From the human T2T-CHM13v2.0 reference genome, Homo sapiens, in assembly GCF_009914755.1 (NCBI RefSeq), contig NC_060928.1: a DNA stretch of 64,000 nucleotides; one strand, given 5' to 3'. Under the pieces are notes generated by a model. The model worked only from the letters and a program-made list of their open reading frames with translations, did not search any database and was not told where the DNA came from. How positions within the stretch are numbered: the stretch's first letter is position 1; every line of letters begins with the position of its first letter. Position numbers and translations under genes: made by a program. Shown here piece by piece: positions 20,612 to 37,509 of this stretch.

Positions 20612-22227
20612 AACAAGCATAATCTTAAGACTTGGTACATATTGGGTATTCCATAAACTGTAGCTATCATTATTGTGGTGGTACATGACTAAAATAATTT
20701 TATACAGTTTTCTACTTCTCATTTCTACGATAAGTGGGTGATGATGTTCACAAAGTAATTAAAGATACTTTTGTGCTTTGTTGATACATTGGTGGTTGTG
20801 ACTTTTCTATCAGTATATTGGTGCCCCAGGACCCTTGTGCCTTAGTAAAGGAAAAAGCTCCCTGTAGACCTTCAGGTTCTCAGATATAAAGCACTTGTTC
20901 TCCCATAAGGGGGAATCAAAAACTGAGATGGTGTTAGGTAAACTCCTGTACAAATCCAAATGTCTTAGTTCCCTTTTCTTCATCTCTACCTTTTAAAATA
21001 ATTTTTAGTTTTCAGGGTTTTGTTTGTTCAGTTGGGCCTACTTTATCTGTAGTCTGGACATTAATTTAATTTAATTGTATTAAAGATTAGAGGGCAATAG
21101 TCATTTTTATTAGAGCTGTTTTAGTTAAGGTCATGTTTTGTAGAGAGAAATCCAAATGTAGATAATGTTTTACTCTGAACATTAATATTGTTAAAGGCTC
21201 TCCAGTGAATTCTCCTAGAATCGTTGTTCAGAGGGAAATAGACCTGCTGTATTTTATGTGGTGCCATATTGACCTTTAGGTTCTAATCAATAGCTAGCTA
21301 TAATTAGAGAGAGAGAAAAAATGATTAATTTGGTATCTGAAATCTCATGTAGCAGGCTTGGAAGACACTTGGAAGTAACAAAAGTCACACTGTAAATTAG
21401 TATAACTTTTTTCATAAGACTTCATTAAAATTAAATTAAAAAACTATTTGGTGCCTATTAAATGTCAGAACCAGGAGAGAAGTTAAGTATCAATTATTAG
21501 GAAGCATTATGGCATCATGGTTAAGAGCACGGACTTTTGAGTCATAAAGATCTAATTCTGTAGTATATCGATATATATACTTAACCTTTCTAAGCCACTG
21601 TTTTCTCATCTGTAACATCAAGTTGCTAGTCATTTCTTTATAAGGTTATTGTAAAGATTAAATGAAATATCCACTTCTCACAACTTGAGTAAGCAGTCAA
21701 TAAATGGTAGCTAATTAGTAGTGGTATATTTTATATGCTATCATAATAACCTCCTACCAATTTTAATTCAGTTTAAATTCCTAATATTCCCATGAGGTAG
21801 GTAAAATGGATTATCATTATCCCATTATATAAGTGAGGGAACTGAGATTTTAAGAGGTTAAAAGGCTTGTTTACCTACCCATAATTAGTGAGTCCAAACT
21901 TCAACTCAAGCCAGCGATCTTCAAATGCAGGGTTTTTTTCACTGTTAACACTTGGTCAGTAAAGATCTTGTCTTAAGTAACAGGGAAAACACATACACAG
22001 ATCTGCATGACCCAGCAGGAACAGCACTATTCCATCATGGATGACACCCTCAAGTGATAATAAACTGAAGAAATTTTGCATAAAGCATTCCAAAAAGAAC
22101 TGTTATTTTGAGTTGGGTCTTAAAGAATTCATTTTTTTAAATTGGAAGAGATTACCTGTTTATAGAAAGCTTTATGTAAATATAGAAAAGTATAAATGAA
22201 ATAAATTCTGTAACATAATTTAAATAA

Positions 22228-22368
<141 letters not shown>

Positions 22369-22834
22369 TAACCATATTTTTTTCCCTAAATACATGTATT
22401 ATAGGCACGTTGTTTATCAGAAGGGCATAAATACATATTATTACTTTGAAAGCAATGGGTCTACAGTATTAAGATGCCTTTCTTATTGGGAATCATTAAT
22501 ACAATGTGGATCTAAGGATAGAGAGCTTACAAAGTACCAGGTACAGTATCTGATTGTTTCAATCCTCACAGCATTCTTATGAGGTAGGTGATATTTTACA
22601 AGAGAAAATTTGAAGCTTAGGTTAAGTAATGTGACCAAAACTATCGAGCTGAGATTTGATTATAGCTCCATCTACCTAGCAAATCCTCAACTCTCTTTAA
22701 CCATTGCATTCTAATTCAATTCCACATAATTCATATAAGAAAAATAATTTGCAATATGGCATCATTTACCCTCACCTTAGAAAATAACTATTACCTAAAG
22801 ATAATCTTGATTACATTATTTTAAACTAGTATAC

Positions 22835-22950
22835 AGCCAGGTGTGATGTGGTGGTACATGTCTGTAATCCTAGCTACTGAGGAGGCTGAGGCAGCAGGAT
22901 CACTTGAGGCCAGTTTAAAGCCAGCCTAGGCAACATAGCAAGACCCTCAA
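22835..22950 (+). mobile_element. Alu monomer (FLAM-like)
   Basis: Single diverged Alu arm. Confidence 0.7.
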
Positions 22951-23403
22951 ATATAATATAAATATATTTGCAAAATATAATAAAGTAATTAATATACTAT
23001 ACTGCTATATATCAAAATTTAAGTACTTCTACCTCTATTGCCTTTAAAGTTTGGAATGTTGGTGGGGAGATGTTTTAGAGTACTGTTTGACTGTTAACAC
23101 TTTCCTCAAGTTCTATATATTGTTACAAATAAATGTAATTTTAGTGTTTTGAGTTGAAGTGAGTTTTTAAAATTATATTTCTAATTATTAGAAATGGGAT
23201 TCTGGTAATGATGGGTGTTTCTGGTAAACACTCACATATTCTGACATAAAGAGTTTGGATTTGGAGAGAGTTGAAAATGTTAATGGTTGCAAATATCTTT
23301 CCATTTTTGTGGTTTTGTTGTAAAAATAATATAAACTGTATTTTGGGAAAATCAAACTACAAAACAAATGTTTATTTTCCCCTAGTTTCATATATTTGCA
23401 TAG

Positions 23404-24312
<909 letters not shown>

Positions 24313-26640
24313 AGTGAAAAAGGACTAGACCTGTGTTACATAATAATCTTGGTTCAAGCTGCCCTTCTGAACAAAGATATAAACCTAGCATACATTGTAA
24401 TAGATAACTGGTAAAACTGACCAACTTTTACTTCTCAGAGGCCATTTAAATATAATAGGAACCTACTGACCAAACCTAGTGATACATAAAATTAAAGCCT
24501 GTGGCATTTTTAAAGTTGTTAATCACTATACATATGTATGTGTATATGTGTATACACATATATAATTTTATGATCAATATCTTAGATATTTTAGAAATTC
24601 CCTTTGAATAGTCTTGGCGTGCCGTGAAAAATAGAAAATCAGGGAGATATAATAATTCATTTGTCATATGCTACAGTTGAATAAAAATTAAATTTGTCCC
24701 CCTATTTTGTGGCCAGTAGACTGGGAAGTATTAAACTAACCAGTACTCATGTATGGAGATTATAAACTATGCTAATTGAAAAGTACCAGGTGATACATAG
24801 CCTGGTACTTTTTTGTCAAAGAATTGCTTTATGAAGAAGCACTTTCTAATGGGTAACCAGAAAAGGGCTTCACCCATTTGTTTTTGACTTCTATGATAGT
24901 CACTGCATATGATCCCTTTAAGTGTCTTTAAAAAAATGACTTATGAATTTGATAGCATTTGGGGAAAAAAAGCCTTATATGATTAACAATTTGTAAGTTT
25001 TCAAGATCGGATGGAATTTAATTTTGCTCCTAGAATTTTTGTCTTCAGAATATCTAGTTAAGATAAATTAGGCCTTTGACTATTATAGGTATTCATAAAT
25101 GCTACTTTAGCCATGTAAGTTAAAAAGTTAAAATACTTAAACTTTAGTGTATTTATTTATCTCGTTACTTTTTTTCTAATTTTATATGAAATGTGAAAGG
25201 TCTTTATTTTGGTTTGGTTTACTTTGGGCTGCTAACCACCAGTGTTAGGAATTAATGTGGGGCACCCTCTTATTGGGAATGTCACTGTAATTGCCTACAT
25301 TTTCTTTGCTGTAATATTACCTGCTTATAGGTTGTCAACCCATTTTATCTGAATTTGAAAATCTATCTAGGTTTCCAGATTAAATTTCTACCTTTCATAT
25401 AGAGAGTTTAATTTTAATAAAATGTTTAATTAGAGCATCCTTCCCTTTTATTCTACTTTGAACAAATAGTAATTTTACCCCAACTACTTTTCATGAAGAG
25501 TGCTTTGAAAATTAAAGGAATTTTTATTATTATGGTAACCTTATGAGTAAAAATAAGTTACTTTAATTGCTTTATTTCGTTAGTTGTCATTTTATTTTGT
25601 ACTATGCTGGTAAACTAATTGTGGTTTAGAATAGTTTTATGTTCACTCCTGATAACTGAGAAACAGAACTAAAGTTTTCCTTACATTGCTAAATGGATAA
25701 ACCTCATATTCAATAAACTAGTAAATGTAGCCACTTGACTGATTGCGTAAATCGTGTTAAAACATTCTAAAATGTTGTAAATAATTTAATGTGAATACTG
25801 TTAAACAGAAAATAATTGCTTATAAAAGTCTAACTTCACCCAGTTACCAAGTCTTGGCCAAATTTTATCTTCTGCCTATAGTTTTTACTAGCCTTTTTAA
25901 ACTATAATAGTGAGTGATCATTACTTTATATTCTCGTAAGTTAGAAATACTTGAATGCCAAATTAATTTTGTTTTAAGAAAGCTTATTTTTAACATAATT
26001 TTTTAGTGTGGAGGGTTTGTAAATAATGTAAAGTTTGTAAACCTGTATTTAAAATACCAAAGTTTTTCTTCTTTTATAACATTGTAAGATACTAGAAAAA
26101 TGGGCTTCAAGTTTTTTAATAGCTTTCACAGTTTGTGTAGTTTTTTTTTTCTATTTGGTTAAGATGTGAGTTGGAAATGTATTATTTGAAACATTTAAAC
26201 TAATTTTTGTATTTAACAGCAGTCTCAGACATTTGTCTTTTCAACTCAGTTGAGTTGTAGATATCAAATAGAAATGTCCAGTTTTGCCTCTTTTAAGTAC
26301 TGTCCAGTTGAAACCTCCTGACTCATGTACTACTACACAAACTAGAAAATGCCCATTTATTTTTATGTTGATTCAACACTCCAGATACAGATTGATACAT
26401 ATATACTAATCATTTTATTTCATGTAAAAGTTTTACATCTAGGGTGCCTATTTATTTTTATAGATGCTTTCATCCAGTTATAAGCTTATTATAACTTTGT
26501 AAATATTTCAGCCAACAGTTGTAATGTTTAAAATACTTACCTTCAGAATGTTATATTTTCATGTGAAATCAATTTCTTCTAATTCAAAAAAATTTTAAGA
26601 TAAACTGATTTTTAAGTTTATATGATTGGACTTCTCTTTG
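24313..26640 (+). other. USP53: USP53 3'UTR (about 2.3 kb, distal end approximate)
   Basis: AU-rich sequence without recognisable repeats after the stop. AATAAA at 24680, 25416 and 25712, and a variant GATAAA at 26599. Confidence 0.65.
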
Positions 26641-26794
26641 CATTCATGAACTGCGTGTCACCCTCCCACCAACGTGGATTATTTTGGGACATGTTAAGTC
26701 GCGGGTACTTGGAATTTCACTGATCATAAACGGTTATCACAGGAGATCCTAGGAGTTAAACTCCAGCAAGGTCTAAAGCACAGCTCCTTAGAAA

Positions 26795-27046
26795 AGGAGT
26801 TGGCAAACTTTCTATAAAGATAGAAAATAATTTAGGCTTTGTGGACCATAATATTTCTGTAATAACTACTCAACTCTGCCTTTGTAATGTGAAAGCAGCC
26901 ATAAACAATATGTAAATGAATGAGCATGGCTGTTTTCCAGTAAAACTTTGTCAACATAGAAATCCAGATTGCATATAACTTTCATGTCATGAAAGTTTTT
27001 TTTTTCTCCATTTTAAAATGTAAAAAATATTCTTAGCTCACAGGCT
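26795..27046 (+). mobile_element. MER58-like hAT element
   Basis: ttggcaaactttcta...actactcaactctgcc...aaagcagccata...gagcatggctg motifs typical of MER58. Confidence 0.7.
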
Positions 27047-27509
27047 GAAGTCTCCAAATGTACTCCCATGCCACTTACGGACTGAGTATTTGCAGCTCTT
27101 TACATCCTAAAACGTTCAGGTTAAGCTCCCTAAAAACTATCCCTTGCAACTGCTAACAAGCCAGTTCATTTCAAAAGGAACTACTAAAACAATCATTTCA
27201 CTTTATATAAAATGGTGTGAAATTTACAAAAGAATTTATCAGAGTAAAGTCACATTTTCTTTTGATGTCTTTTTTGTTTTGTTATCTTAGCAAGTTTGCA
27301 ACTTTTCTTGGAGTTCCATTTATCCACTTCTTAAAAGCCTTCAAACTGAGGGCAATGTAAGCAGTCACTATACTTGCTATGGCACAGTTTAATGGTAGGT
27401 ACAATTTCTTACCTATAGGAAAGATTCAGCCTTCATACTGCCACCATTTTGAAAATGCCAATTACAGTCATGTCATATTACTAAGTCAGGGTTTGCCATA
27501 GAAAGAGAA

Positions 27510-29881
<2,372 letters not shown>

Positions 29882-30203
29882 CTGTAAAAAGCAAGTATTT
29901 GTCAGCAATATGTGCTTTATCTTCCCAGTTTTTAACACTTTATGCCTATTTACATATTGATAAAAAGAAAAGCCTAGAACATTTCTTGTAAGGCCTCTAT
30001 TTTCTATCCAGAGCTGAAAGTTCAGGTCATAAAAACAAACACACACACACACAAAACCCACTGTATTTGAGATTATCAGTCTCTACCAAAACAGGGAGGG
30101 AGAGTAAAACTCTCCCTTTACAAATGGCTTGACAGAGAATTTTATAAAAATCCCTATCCCTTTTGCCATCCTCCCATTAATCCCTCTCGCTCCCCTGCCA
30201 CCC

Positions 30204-30429
<226 letters not shown>

Positions 30430-31229
30430 TGAAAATATAGGATGGGGGTTGGGGGTGTAGAAGAAGTGACTGCCTATCAAGAAGTGAGAATTTCAGAAGT
30501 AACTCATAGGCATGGTGACTAAGGAGTTAACAGTGAGTGAACAATCAACTCCAAAGTCCAGGAGAGCTGTCTAGATGGGCTACACTGCTCTTCTCCCATA
30601 GGAGCCCTGTTTCATCTCACTGCTTCTCCTTAGCTTGTCTCTTAACACCATCTCCATTTGGTGTCTGCTTCCTCCTGCCCTATTCTCTTAAGTTCCCTTC
30701 CTTTACCCTCTGCCAGAATTGTCTTTTCAGAGCGAGTGGCGATGAAAATGGAGAGCATGGGTTTTACAAGTAAACTCTACAGAATTTTGTAACTTGGTGT
30801 TTTAGGATATGTGGATGTGTGTAAGAAAAGGGCAAAGTGTCTCAGGTTTCTGGGAGGTAACGGTGGATAAAGTTGGCGTTTACTGAAATGGTAACGCTGC
30901 AAGGCAAGTAAATTTGGGTAAGAAGCTGTTAAGAGTTCAGTTTTGGACATGTTTAGTTTGAGACAGCTGCGTGGTCTGCTCATGGTTAAACAGCTGTATA
31001 GTAAAAATAGCTTTCGTTGAGCACTTACTACTGCCAGGCAACATGCAAATCACTACGATCTCAATCTTCACTACACCCCTATGACCTGGGTTACTAATGG
31101 TCCCAAATGGCAGATGAAAAAATAAACCTCCAAAAAGCGAAATAACTTCTCCGGTCGCTTCATGGTGCTGCAGGAACTCAAGCCTAGCTGGTTTCATTCC
31201 AAATCATGAGAAAATATGACGCCAAGTTT

Positions 31230-32050
31230 TCTCCACACTTCTTTGGAGACTCCCACGGACGTGCTAAAGAAGGACATTTTACTCCTAGTCCTTCTCCCCC
31301 ACCCACCCGACTGCGCCACTCACCAGCTGTGTGATCTTGGACATATATAAACTCTCTGGAATTCAGTCCCCTCCCCGCCCAAAAGCGAGCAAATGATCTC
31401 TAAGCTCCTTACCACCCCAATTTTGCATTCGAGATACTCACCATGGCAAAAAATACACAAAGAGAAACACCACCACATCGAAAAGGATGAAAAGCCAGAG
31501 GTCCAACCAGTAGGAGTGTTTGGGAAGCCCATTTGCCCCAGACTGAGGCCTCACATCGAAGTTCTGCCTCCCTCCCTCGCTAAAGCCTCGCCGCTCCCGG
31601 AGACCATCTCGACCATCAACACCCGGTGCGTCCACCTCCATCTCGCTCCTGCAGCTTCGTAACAACCCTAGAAACCGAAAATGCTTAAGTTCCCGGACTT
31701 TGGTGTTCGCCGCACCGGAAACTGAGCGGAGTCCGGCCGCCTGCGCAGTGCGCCGCGCCCCGGGTTCCGGAATGCACTCTGAACCTACTCTTCCCAGCGC
31801 GCAGGCGCCTGGCTCGGCTTTCCGCTGCCTCCGTGACCGCTGGCATGAAGCGCGGCCTCCGCCTTGACACTAAGTCAATGGGCCCGCCTACTTCTGCCTC
31901 GCGGCGTCCCAGGCAGATAGCTGGTTATTCAGGTTTCGTTGGAAGAAATACGTTCTCGTCCCCCTGAAAGGCCCAGTCCAGTCAGGTGATGGACTCCTCC
32001 CTGAAACTGCACGAGGTCACCTCTCCTATCCCCGTATTCCGTTTGGATCC
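31230..32050. promoter_or_regulatory. CpG island / C4orf3 promoter
   Basis: Dense CpG in an AT-rich background. NRF1-like GCGCAGGCGC at 31799-31808, ETS CCGGAA at 31715 and 31767, ZNF143-like CTACTCTTCCCAGC at 31785-31798. Confidence 0.85.
31442..31641 (-). CDS. C4orf3: C4orf3 / ARLN (another-regulin, ALN), 66-aa single-pass SERCA-regulating micropeptide
   Basis: ATG at 31641: MEVDAPGVDGRDGLRERRGFSEGG...SYWLDLWLFILFDVVVFLFVYFLP with a C-terminal hydrophobic helix. The exon ends TG|gtgagt and the stop is completed by the A at 29881. Confidence 0.93.
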
Positions 32051-32154
32051 TTATGCCAACGTGTTAGGAAGGCCCCCTCTGGTGGGTTTTGTACTGTCTC
32101 TAGCATTTGACACTTAATATTTAAACACCACCAATGAGGTGGACGTCCTACTCA

Positions 32155-32604
<450 letters not shown>

Positions 32605-34336
32605 CTAGCAGGAAGAAAATGACCTATACTGCCTGGATTTTACCTCGTGGGTCCAATTTCAAATATTCTCTTTCTTGTCACATTATGATTCCTGAATTGT
32701 TCAGAAAATAACGGGCACCCAGACATATAAGTGGTTCTCTTGGTGCATAGTAAATGGAGATAAGACTGTAGTTGTGTTTTTACAAAGTCATTAAATCGTC
32801 GTAAAACCTCTTTGAAGGGGCAGTACTCCATTTTATAGAATTAGGAAATGAGACACAAAAGGAGTGAATTGTCTAAGGTTACTAAAAAAATTATAAAGCC
32901 TAAAATTAACTCCAAATCCAGCACTCTTAAAGCTGTTCCATAGCTTCCTAACCTTGCTCCAATTTGCCTCCAAATCAATTGCCAGGTTTTAGAGACAAAG
33001 ATAGTATACGACCTTTCAAGAAAAATGCTTTGTAGATTCTGGGATGAGAGGGCCATTACCTGAGAATTAATTAGATTGTGTGCTGTAATACAGATTGTCT
33101 GATGGTAGTAGACAAAAAGACCCTGGGCTTAAGTGGCATTGAATCTTTACAAAAATTAGGAAAGGCAAATAAACAATTGCCTCTACCAGAGATGGAAGCA
33201 TTCTTCTCGCTGACAAGGTAGGATCAATTACTCCTAGTTATTGAAGTAGGATTGATAAAAAATTATTGAGATTATTAGTGTTGAAGAAGCATGACATAAA
33301 CTGAACAGGTCTTGAAATGGTTTTAAACTTGTCTTTGGCCCAGAGTCACATGCTCATCATGAGGGGATGTTGACAGTATGATCTGTTCTAGAGTCAGGAA
33401 CGTCTGCCAGACTTGGAAGAGCAACTAGTGCAAATAAGGAGGGGTTATTTAAACTAAATTCAGTTGAAAGATTCTATTTCCGACTTTACCCTTGTAAAAG
33501 TCCCACTGATTGTTGATTATTCCACATTACAGAAATGAGTTTAGAGTGTGTTATGGCTGATTTTGAACTACTGGCCTCAAGTGATCCTTCTGCCTCGACT
33601 TCCCAAAGTACTGGGATTACAGGCATGAGCCACCTTGCTCAGTTGGCATTTGCCATTATCAAAGCAATTTAAATTTTAAAAAGTACTGTACTGAAATCCA
33701 GGTTCACTGTCAGTCATGCAATACCTCGGCACTTGTCCAACCACCTTGAACTTTCTACTTCACATGTTCAACTGAAAAATATGCACCAGGGACTACAGAT
33801 TGAATCATTGCACTGCAACCATGATCCAACACTTCCATAATTCTGTCAGCACAATTAATCTGATTGAGCTGGGGTGGAGAAGGTGGTGTATGAAAATGCT
33901 ATAACCATCAGGCCAAAGACAGCTAAGTGTTTTTAAGAAGACGTTACAGATCTTCTGAACTTCAAGTGCAATAAGTTTTCAGGAGGGAGATGATGATGAA
34001 TTTTGCTTTAACCTAAGGGATAATGCAAATTTTTCGTATGCAGCTCTCAAGCCAGTATATCCATGTGATAAAGCATCCTCATGATCATCCTAGGAATTAA
34101 ATTAATTTTATAGAATAACCTCTCCAACAGTGGAGAATTTGGTTACTGTAATTTTCATCTGGAAATATATGTGTTTATCTTAAATTATTCTTTCTCATCT
34201 TAACTTTGTCTTTTCCTCCTTTTCAAGTTGAGTACCTGTCCTAGCAACAACCCTGTTGATTGGTACCACAGGTTATTTCTCCATCTTCTGGGTCATTTTA
34301 TTTATTCATTTTGTTGTTATTGTTCTCTTCAATTCT

Positions 34337-34671
<335 letters not shown>

Positions 34672-34701
34672 TAGTTTTCTTTGTTTAAGAGTTGTACTAT
34701 C

Positions 34702-34994
34702 TGCTGGGCGCTGTTGTTCACACCTGTAATCCCAGCACTTCGGGAGGCCAAGGTGGGTGGATTGCTTGAGCCTAGGTGTTCGAGACAAGCCTGAGCAACA
34801 TGGCGAAATCCCATCTCTACAAAAAATAGAAAAGTTAGCTAAGTGTGGTGGCACACACCTGTAGTCCTAGCTACTCAGGAGGCTGAATTGGGAGGATCAC
34901 TTGAGGTCGAGGCTGCAGTGAACTGTTATTGTGCCACTGCACTTCAGCCTTGATGACAGAGCCAGACCATGTTCCCTCCATGCTCTAACAAAGA
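34702..34994 (+). mobile_element. Alu (AluJ-like)
   Basis: Dimer with TSD aagagttgtactatc at 34687-34701 and 34995-35009. Confidence 0.9.
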
Positions 34995-35344
34995 AAGAGT
35001 TGTACTATCATCATAACTAGGTTGCAGCTTCTCTTTTATCTTCATCTTGGCCTTAGCAGTTCCCACCTTTATACCCACTATTAATCTGGCTCTACTCTAC
35101 TCAGCCAACCTGGTACCCAGGAAACATTCTTTGCTCCAGTCAGAGTGCTTTCTTCCATCTTCCTCATGGAAACTATTCTCTTGGCCTCTGGGCTTTGGTG
35201 CATGTTTTTCCTGTTAAACTGGAATGCTTTCTCACCTGTCCAAATCCTACTCATCCTTCAGGGCCCCACTTAAGTGCCAACTTCATAAAATTCCCTTCAC
35301 TACAATTCACATTGATCTCTCCATTCTTGGTATTTCTAACATAC

Positions 35345-35545
35345 CAATTGTGAAAACTTCACATTTAACTTGTCTCCACCTTCTATGTCATGTTTTCTTC
35401 TTGGGGAGAGGGTTATTTTCTCAAGATCAAGGCAGTGAATGAAGTATTTGTTTCCATAGTTTTTTGCCTTCCTTTGGCACCTATTATTTCCCTCTACATT
35501 CTGTAATGGTCTCCTATTAATGGGGCTATTTATTAGACTGGTCAT
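35345..35545 (-). CDS. C4orf3: Candidate upstream alternative first coding exon of a long C4orf3 isoform (MTSLINSPINRR...VKFSQL, 67 aa)
   Basis: ATG at 35545 and phase-0 donor TTG|gtatgt at 35344. In frame with an acceptor at 31840/31839, giving 199 aa, the length I recall for an annotated isoform. Confidence 0.55.
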
Positions 35546-35674
35546 CTTTCAAAATTTCCCTACCTCTGACTCAAAAAACACTGAAATTTTCTTGATATTG
35601 TCTGGCACATTGGCTTGCTTTGTAGCAATTTTATGTAAATTTTCTCCCCTGTTAGAGTATTAAGTTATGTTCAT

Positions 35675-35960
35675 TTGTTTTGAGACAGGGTATTGGTCTG
35701 TCACACATGCTGGAGTGCAGTGGTGCAATCAGAGCTCATGGCAACCTTGAACCCCTGGGCTCAAGCAATCCTTCCACCTCAGCTTTCCCAGTTGTTAGGA
35801 CTACAGGCACACACCACCATGCCAGGCTTGCTTTTTATTAATGTTTATTTTTGTAGAAATGGGTTTTCACTATGTTGCCCAGTGAAACTCCTGTTTTCAA
35901 GTGATCCTCCTGCTTCAGCCTCTCAAACTGCCAGGATTACAGGCATGAGCCACTGAACCT
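35675..35960 (-). mobile_element. Alu (AluJ-like, diverged)
   Basis: Diverged reverse-complement dimer. Confidence 0.8.
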
Positions 35961-37444
35961 AGCAATTATTAAGTGTTCTTTAAAGGAGAGACAGTATTTT
36001 TGCCATCTTTGAATCTCCACAGCTCTTTAAACAGTGTCTTCCTCATGGAAGAAATTTAATATGTATTCAACAATATTTTGTTATATTCTGCAACCACTAA
36101 CACAATCCTAGTCAAAAAAATACTTGTAAAATTGTGTGTTTTAGAACATAATAGTGTATGATACCAGTGGGATCTAACACTATTGATCTATACTCTTAGC
36201 AGGGATACTTTCTGAGATGTTTTGAAGTACTAGTAATGGATATGTGCCAATCCTTTCCCCTTTGTGGATTTTCCTTCTTTAATTTCAGTAAATACTTTTT
36301 AATACCTGCTGTGTGTCAGGCATTGTCCAAGGAGCCATAAGAGTTATGGAAGCAATACCAACCGATTCATTAAAAATACTGACTGAGGACATATAACAGA
36401 GCAATGAAGTTTTCGAACAGTATCACAGAGCCTGGGGTTCTGCATAATGATTTGGGTTTTGAAAGGCTGAACAGAACTGGCTGTGAACATACTAGTCAGA
36501 TACAATTAAACCTCTTTCTGCTTATACATGTACATGTATTATACATGTACATGTCTGTACTTATACATGTAAAGACAGACTTCAACCATAAAAACTTAGT
36601 TTTGTTTATATTTTAGAGTTTCATGCAAGATTTTATTTCAAAACAAAGCATCCTTCTGCTTTTAAAAGTTTAAAAACTTCGGTAGAGCAGAGTTTAACTA
36701 GTAGGCACAAATGACAAAGATGTTGAAACCTACAACTTTGAAATTTCATTAAGCTAATCATCAGCAATCAACCTGTTATTTGTTTTATTGAAAGGTGTTA
36801 GAGAGGCAGTCATTGAGGATGGAGTCTCAAAAGTTAGTCAATACATGACATGTTTTTATCTCATAAGATTATAGGTTTCCAAGCATAGGAAACCTGTGCT
36901 TGGAATTAAAACCTATGCTTGGAATTAAACAGTTGTTAATTTAGAATAAATAAATGGATGCTAAGGTGATCATTGCTATATATAAAATATTGACCAGAAT
37001 TAGACTTATAAGTGTGACAAATGTAACCGTGTTAACAGAAGTTATTCTTGGAAGATGGGATCACAGATAGTTTCATTCTTTGTGTTTTTCCATATTTTTC
37101 AAATTTTCTCAATGAAAATGCATTTTATTAACTAGAAGTTGGAAAGTTTGTTGAAAAAAAGTAAATTAGAAAATAAACAAGACAAAGTCTAGTCCAAAAT
37201 TATTATTTAACTGTTTATGGCATCAGATCACAGACAGTAGACACATAAGTATCAAGGGGCTTTAATGATTTATAATAGTGCTTTTTAAACTAAATTTCAT
37301 GGAATGCTATGATTCCTCGGAGTTTACTCAAGGACCAACATGGAATGGAAGAGATAGATGCAGGGAATGTGGCTTAAGGCATCTACTGGAAAAGCTCAGC
37401 TTTCTTGTTCATATCTATAAATATGCCTGTTGGAGAACAGATTT

Positions 37445-37468
37445 ATTGTTGTTGTTGTTGTTGTTGTT
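37445..37468. repeat. (TTG)n microsatellite
   Basis: About 7 perfect TTG units. Confidence 0.9.
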
Positions 37469-37509
37469 TTTCTGTTCTAGTGAAAGCTAGTGTCAAAAAG
37501 TCACCTTGG

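Noticed and set aside
31393-31662. 89-aa + strand ORF, and the 117-aa - strand ORF at 2532-2885
   Set aside because: Antisense shadows of the C4orf3 and USP53 coding exons.
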